DNA of 64,000 bases, from assembly GCA_030704615.1 (NCBI GenBank), contig CM060733.1, positions 29,326,001 to 29,390,000 on the forward strand. The letters are read 5' to 3'. A model generated the notes under the pieces. That model did no database searches and was not told the DNA's origin. It worked only from the letters and a program-made list of their open reading frames with translations. This DNA comes from Takakia lepidozioides (taxonomy: Eukaryota > Plantae > Bryophyta). A program made the translations under genes and the position numbers. This document shows, one piece after another, positions 57,560-64,000 of the stretch (the first letter of the stretch is position 1; the number at the start of each line of letters is the position of its first letter).

Positions 57560-59290
57560 CAAAAATACGGCGCCGCATTTCCGTATTGCATCTTGGTCAT
57601 GCACCAGAGCGACGGAAATGCGGCACCGAGTTTCCGTCCGGGGGAAACCTTTATACTCTCCAGAACGGAAATGCGGTAACGCATTTCCATCCAGCAAGCA
57701 CGGTATGTGAAGGTGGTACGGAAATGCGGTAACGCATTTCCATCCAACAAGCACGGTATGTGAAGGTGGAACGGAAATGCGGTACAACATTTCCGTTCTG
57801 ATTGAGAATTATGAACAAAGGGAACAGAAATGCGGCACCGCATTTCCGTCCGAGTCGCACTTTCCGACATTCCAGAACGGAAATGCGGCACCGCATATCC
57901 GCCCGGGTGAGACCTTAACACTCTCCAGAACGGAAATGCGGTAACGTATTTCCATCCAGAAAGCACGGTATGTGAAGGTGGAATGGAAATGCGGTACCGC
58001 ATTTCCGTTCTGATTGAGAATTATGAACAACGGGAACAGAAATGCGGCACCGCATTTCCGTCCGAGTCGCACTTTCCGACATTCCAGAACGGAAATGCGG
58101 CGCCGCATTTCCATTTTGTATCTGATGCATGGAGCCGAGTGCAATTCCGACCGCTTGAGACAGCGCAATTCCGACCGGTTGAGACATTCATACTATCCGG
58201 AACGGAAATGCGGTGCCGCATTTCCGTTCTGATTGAAAATCGTGAACCATCGGAACTGAAATGCGGCAGCGCATTTCCATCCGAGTCGCACCTCCCAACA
58301 TTCCAGAACGCAAATGCGGCACCGCATTTCCGTTCTGATGAAAAATCGTGAAACATCGGGACTGAAATGCGGTACCGCATTTCCGTCGGAGTCGCACCTT
58401 CCGACATTCCAAAACGGAAATGCGGCGCCGCATTACCGTTTTGTATGTGAGGCATGGAGCTGTGGAATGAAAATGCGGCACCGCATTTCCGCCAGGGTCA
58501 GACCTTAATACTTTACAGAACGGAAATGCGGTACCGCATTTCCGTTCTGACTGAAAATCGTGAACAACGGGAACAGAAATTCGGCTCCGCATTTCCGTCC
58601 GAGTCGCACCTTCCGACATTCTCGAACGGGAATGCGGCTCCGCATTTCCGTCCGAGTCGCACCTTCCGACATTCTCGAACGGGAATGCGGCTCCGCATTT
58701 CCGTCCGAGTCGCACCTTCCGACATTCTCGAACGGGAATGCGGCGCCGCATTTCCGTTTTGTATACGAGGCCTGGAGCTGTGGGACGGAAATGTGGTGCC
58801 GCATTTCCATCCATGTGAGACCTTCAAACTTTCCAGACAGGAAATGCGGCACCGCATTTCTGTTCAGGTGAGACCTCTATACTTTCCCGAACGGAAATGT
58901 GGAACGGCATTTCCGTTCATCAACTGCGGTATGTGAAGGGGGAACGGAAATGCGGTACCGTATTTCAATTCAGATTGAAAATCATGAACCACGGGAACTG
59001 AAATGTTGTGCCGCATTTCCGTCCGAATCGCACCTTTCGACATTCCTGAACGGAAATGCGGCGCCGCATTTCCCTTTTGTATCTCATACATGGAGCTGTG
59101 GGACGGAAATGCCGCACCGTATTTCCGTTCAACAACTAAGGTATGTGAACGTGGAACTGAAATGCGGTGCCGCATTTTCTTCCAACAAGTACGGATGTGT
59201 AGCTTCGTGATGGTACTTAACGGAAATGCGGCGCCGCATTCGCATTTTCACTCCAACTCATCAGACGCTGGGACGGAAATGCCTTGAAAT
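57560..59290. repeat. Array of about 30 units of 53 bp, each a 26-bp palindrome plus a 27-bp spacer from a few recurring classes
   Basis: Core ACGGAAATGCGGYRCCGCATTTCCGT at 57718, 57771, 57824, 57877, 57930, 57983, 58036 and 58089, and again from 58202 in 53-bp steps to about 59156. Confidence 0.95.
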
Positions 59291-59677
59291 GTGAACACGT
59301 GGAGCAACGGAATTGCGGCACATGTCTGCACTCTATCTGACTGAAGTGGCATGAGCGGCGCGGCTGACTGTTGGATAATGATGTTTGTTTTTCGGACGGC
59401 AGGCGTATCCTGAACGATTCGAATTTCGTAATGACGCAAAGTCCACGAGGAGACACTTTCGTCCAACCCTTTCGAACCCAAGTGGTGCATCACCGCCGTT
59501 TCATCTACTTTTGTCGTGTCTCCTCACTCACCCCTCTCGCGCCCTTTCCATCTGCACTCTTTGCCCCTTTTCCCTGTCTCTGTTCTTCTTATGCTCGAAC
59601 CTGAAAGGGGGGGATTTCGTGCACCATACAGGAGACCTCGTCGCAAGCTCCGAAAATTATACTTCGGACGTAGGCCA

Positions 59678-61200
59678 ATGCCGAAGGGGATGAAGCAGAT
59701 GCGTCTACAGGAGGAGATTGCCATCTCCGAGCAGCAGGCCACTCAGGCAACCCAGCCACCAGTGAGAGCTCCATGCGATCGGGCTGCGCGCAGCTGATCG
59801 AGCACTGAGTACTTGATATGCCAACAAGGGATAATGGGTGAGTTGATGGGGAACTAGTGTAGTACTTGACTGTGCTTGCCAGATTCGATGTACCGAACCC
59901 CCCATTTTGCTTCTGTAATTCTTAGACTGAATGCTAGGAGACTTGAATGCAGAACATGTTTGCATGCCTAACAGGAAAGGTGGACGTGCTGGAGGGATCG
60001 CAGGAATCCGAAGAGCCGCAGGAAGAGTCCGAGGAGCTAGCTGCAGCACGTACACCCACTCGATCCCCGAGCGCGGGTATTCCTGCCGGGCCTAGCCCTG
60101 TGCGTTTCAAAGACGCGGCTTCGAAGGGCAAGTTCAAAGCCCCAGAGATCGACTCGCGTTCTTCGGTCATGGAGAATCGCCAGCAGGGGTCGGGCCCTTC
60201 TCCAGCAAAGTCGAAGAAGAAGCAGCCCATCCCTCTACTGGTTTCTGAACCGGCTCAGGCCGCTTCACCCCCACCAACGCGAATGAAGCAGCCTGGTAAA
60301 AGACAGATTCAATTGCAGCAGATACCTTCACCTGCAAGGATGAGGAAGCAGAAGGCAATCAGGGCAAACGGCCAACAATCTCCCGCAAAACCGCTTCCAC
60401 GAGCTGAAGCTCAGTTCCTGGAGGATTTCTCGCCTGCAGATGTTGGGGCCGACTCTGCTGCAGCGAAGGCAATGGGATCGACCGTTTCTGTCGATTTGGT
60501 ACCGGAGGAGGGTGCTGCCGCTCAACGTTCGCAGCAAGACCTCACCACCGATGAGCAAGCAGGTCCGGAGGAGGCCTCTGCAATGGCAGAATTGCCCGCA
60601 GACAGGCCCAGAGTGCAGCTCCAGTTGAGGATGCTCCAGCTGCTCAGCCACTACCGGCACCTACAGACATGTCTCTGGAGGATTTCAAAAGTGCAGCTGA
60701 TAAAATGTTGGAGGAGACACACAGTAGCATTGGCAGAGTTCTGGGCAGCAGGGTATTCCAGCGGACTCTTCGAATCCCACTCTGTCGCATGGTCTCCCTT
60801 CCCATTGTCAGGCAGGCCCTTCCCGGAGATGTGGATAAGCTCAGTTCGCATTTCGAGAAGGGTACCGTCTGGATCGGCAGCGTTTTACGTTTCCATTGAG
60901 AATGAGGACGGCGAACTCGTGGACCCACTGCGATGAATTGTCAACGTGGGATACCCAGTGGCACACTCGCAACAACGAATTCGAGGCGACGCTGAAGGGT
61001 GATCCAGACTTCGGCCATATGTCGGTAAAAATGTTCTTTGTGTGGGACGGGAATCACCGACTTCTCGCCTGGTGGGAGTACATCAAGCAGAACCATGCCA
61101 AGCACATTGGCTGGCATTACATGGTGGAGTGTGTCATCCTCAAGTGAAGGCGGCAGACTCCTCCTTGCTCAAGAATGCCATGGGGGGCCCAACTTCGTAA
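59678..61200 (+). CDS. Putative ParB/Sulfiredoxin-like domain protein with a low-complexity N-terminus; frameshifted and truncated at the assembly gap
   Basis: Joining frames across 60669-61147 gives RIPLCRMVSLPIVRQALPGDVDKLSSHFEKG..AFYVSIE...KMFFVWDGNHRLLAW (DGNHR at 61046-61060). Exon structure and start are tentative. Confidence 0.55.
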
Positions 61201-61234
61201 GATACTCATACCCTCCCAAGCACGTTCGAAATGC

Positions 61235-61734
61235 NNNNNNNNNNNNNNNNNNNNNNNNNNNNNNNNNNNNNNNNNNNNNNNNNNNNNNNNNNNNNNNNNN
61301 NNNNNNNNNNNNNNNNNNNNNNNNNNNNNNNNNNNNNNNNNNNNNNNNNNNNNNNNNNNNNNNNNNNNNNNNNNNNNNNNNNNNNNNNNNNNNNNNNNNN
61401 NNNNNNNNNNNNNNNNNNNNNNNNNNNNNNNNNNNNNNNNNNNNNNNNNNNNNNNNNNNNNNNNNNNNNNNNNNNNNNNNNNNNNNNNNNNNNNNNNNNN
61501 NNNNNNNNNNNNNNNNNNNNNNNNNNNNNNNNNNNNNNNNNNNNNNNNNNNNNNNNNNNNNNNNNNNNNNNNNNNNNNNNNNNNNNNNNNNNNNNNNNNN
61601 NNNNNNNNNNNNNNNNNNNNNNNNNNNNNNNNNNNNNNNNNNNNNNNNNNNNNNNNNNNNNNNNNNNNNNNNNNNNNNNNNNNNNNNNNNNNNNNNNNNN
61701 NNNNNNNNNNNNNNNNNNNNNNNNNNNNNNNNNN
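61235..61734. other. Assembly gap (500 N)
   Basis: Run of N bases. Confidence 1.
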
Positions 61735-64000
61735 TAACTGGTGATATCCGGATCGTAAATCCAACGTGCTTAAAGACCTTGGAATGCCCAATGGCATCAA
61801 AGATCTCCTCTGGTGTTGGCATGGCATACCTATCGGACTTGGTCTGACGATTTACAGGCCGGTAATCACCGCACATACGTCTCTCCGTCCAATTGCCATA
61901 GACATCCTTCTTAGCTGGCATCACTGTGGCTGAAGCATACTCTCCACCAGAGAGCTCCACCAAACCTGCCTCCCAGAGATCTTGAGTCCTCATCTGAATC
62001 AAAGACCTCTCCATGTCACTGTATCTATAGGGTCTCCGAAAGATTGGCGTGTCAGTGGCCAACTCAATACGGATCTCTTGACCCTTCAGTGCTCCCAAGT
62101 CCTTCAAACTGAAGGCAAAGCAATTCCTGTAAGCCCTCAGGAACCGCCGTATACGTCGTCTCTCTCCTCCGGTGACAATGGGTCCAATGTCAGGCTCCCA
62201 ATTGTCCTCCGTAACTGCAACCTTAAGTCAGTGGGCTTAGAGGTAGAGGACGCGTCCTGTGGTTGCTATGCTGCAACCTCTTGAGCAGTACTCCTTCCTG
62301 CTCAGTCAATGACAAGGCCTCATCCTGCCCCATCATCTCATCATTGAGAACCTCCTCAACCCGAGAAGAATCCCAATCTCATCCATCACAGCTGCCTTGG
62401 CTGCCAACTCCCTCTGAACCTCGAGCACCTCCCACGTGTGCCATGGATGTCTACACCCCGTGGTCCTCACCGGCTCGCCCCCACTCACTGCCTGTACCGT
62501 CTCGGTAGGCAGAGAGACCATGAAGGGGAGTGCACTCCGCACTCTACGTTGCTCAGCCATAGCCAAGCTGATAATCCAGGTCAAGCAATTGAGATCCATT
62601 GCTTGCCCCAACACCTGACGCCGTGATGCCTCAGAAAGAGAAGGCACCGTTGTGGTCCCAGTGGAAAACCCCATAGCCCGCTCTCGCTCGTCGGCATTAG
62701 GCTCCACTAACTGCTGCAACTGAGCATCCCACAGGAGGCCAGGTCCACCATCCCGAAAAGCATGGGATCCTGGGAAGCTGAGCAGTGTAGGTAATGCTGC
62801 TCGTGGTTGACCCACCCTGTTGACCACTGCCAAAGGCGAACGGTCATCGTGTCTCACACGTTGAGACTGCCTCCCTGTGTCCAAAATGCTGTCCACTATG
62901 AGGTGTGTTGGCCGCTCCACCCCATCAAATGCACGCTTGAGCAGTGCGGGTGGCATCAAGTTAGTCCACCATAGCCGTGGACGATGAGCCCGTGATCCCA
63001 CTGCAGTTGCATCCAGCAGCACTGCTGACCCAAGCCACGACCGGACTTGATGCACACTGGCCATCACCCTGGCCCGAGAATCGCCCATCAGTGGCACATT
63101 CTCCAAGATGTATGCTGGCGATACAGCTTGATGAAGCTGCAAGTGGCGCAAAATCCGCACCATCTCCCAAAACAGACCCGTCCTCGAGTCTCGCAATCCA
63201 TTGCCATGCCCGGTGATGAATGCCCTTGGCAGGGCCAACCTGCCACTACCAGATCAATGGAGCCAACTGCTCCAAATCCGGCGCCCCCAGCAACGAAATG
63301 TCTGCTGGCAAGGCTTGGTGGTATCCACGAACTGCAGACACTGGCAACAAAGCAGGGTACTGCTGTACCAACTGAGCAACATGGCGCAGTGAGACGCGTC
63401 GTGCAGTCTCATCCCTCTCCACATACAGGTAACGCCTTACCCGCACACCTGCCTGTAGCATAGCAGCCAATCCGGTGCTGATCCCGCCAAACAAGTCCAG
63501 AAGGCAAATGCCTTCATCCGGATACTGCCACACAATAGGTGTGGTATCCAATGGTGACAACTGAGGTGGTCCTGGTGCAATACCCGCACTCTCCTCCTCT
63601 CCTGACGGTACAAAAGCCTCTACCCAGGCTTGTTGCACCCGTCGATCAGCAACCTGCTGCAAATCCTTGCTCGTACCCCACAATGGAGTGTGAGCAGCCA
63701 TGGCAGGCAACTCCGCCATACCATGCATGTCATCCTACTCTGATGGAGGTGGCACATCCTCTGCATGGGCATTGCCTTCCAGCAACTCTCTATTCCATCT
63801 AACTGAAGCTGTAAAGGCGACTAATGTTGGCATCTTGCCCCGCTGGGCAGCCGCTATATCCCCAATGAATGTCACAGGGAGCTGTGCACGGCGACCATTG
63901 CCTGACTGCCATCCAGGCCTGTAGGATGCTAACTCCTCCCAAAAGTCCAGGGTGAAGCCCATGGGGTATAACACTACCCCACCAACGAGGACATCGTAAG
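61735..64000 (-). mobile_element. Ty3/Gypsy retrotransposon pol with domain order protease - C5 DNA methyltransferase - reverse transcriptase
   Basis: Protease C-terminal YDVLVGG at the window end, DNMT at about 63510-62560, then RT PIFRRPYRYS...RMCGDYRPVN...STLDLRSGYHQL running into the gap. Confidence 0.9.
62560..63510 (-). CDS. C5 cytosine DNA methyltransferase domain within a retrotransposon pol (two 1-bp frameshifts around motif IV)
   Basis: Motif I LLDLFGGI (~63503-63480), II YLYVE, III DI, IV DLVVAGWPCQG (GWPCQG at 63240-63223), VI YILENV (63103-63095), VIII AHRPRLWWTN, IX ERERAMGF and X RRQVLGQAM. Confidence 0.9.

Noticed and set aside
57431-59287. Many overlapping ORFs with repeated MRRRIS/GNAAPHF/KCGAAF peptides
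   Set aside because: Translation artefacts of the palindromic array on both strands.
57560-59290. CRISPR array (palindromic repeat plus constant-length spacers)
   Set aside because: Spacers recur in a few classes instead of being unique, the repeats are degenerate, no cas genes are present, and the context is eukaryotic.
61038-62107. Long ORFs spanning the gap, and a direct link between the ParB-like gene and the DNMT
   Set aside because: The ORFs run through 500 Ns, and the true distance and adjacency across the gap are unknown.
62560-63510. Host DRM/DNMT3/CMT gene or bacterial contamination
   Set aside because: It is intronless, has unpermuted motif order and no BAH, UBA or chromo domains, and is continuous with Gypsy protease and RT.

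Overview
Eukaryotic nuclear DNA from a land plant, probably a non-seed plant such as a bryophyte (inferred from the gene and TE content, not proven). Host genes: an intronless TOPORS-like RING E3 ligase (+), an 8-exon cytosolic ribulose-phosphate 3-epimerase (-) with a 5-nt microexon, and two full-length ABCC5/MRP5-like transporters arranged tail-to-tail. The rest is TE-rich. It holds a chromoviral Ty3/Gypsy 3' end with its LTR, a 5.35-kb hAT element with TIRs and an 8-bp TSD that carries captured PR-1 and ETFQO gene pieces, LINE/SINE/MITE pieces, and a nested Gypsy block. Two things stand out. (1) A Ty3/Gypsy pol encodes a C5 cytosine DNA methyltransferase between protease and RT (61.7-64 kb), and a rearranged second copy of the family lies at about 49.7-51.9 kb. 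(2) A ParB/Srx-like (DGNHR) gene lies beside an array of about 30 units of 53 bp, each with a 26-bp palindrome, which resembles a ParB-parS/sopC arrangement (57.6-61.2 kb). A 500-N assembly gap at 61235-61734 separates these two. All calls come from reading motifs by eye; no database searches were run.
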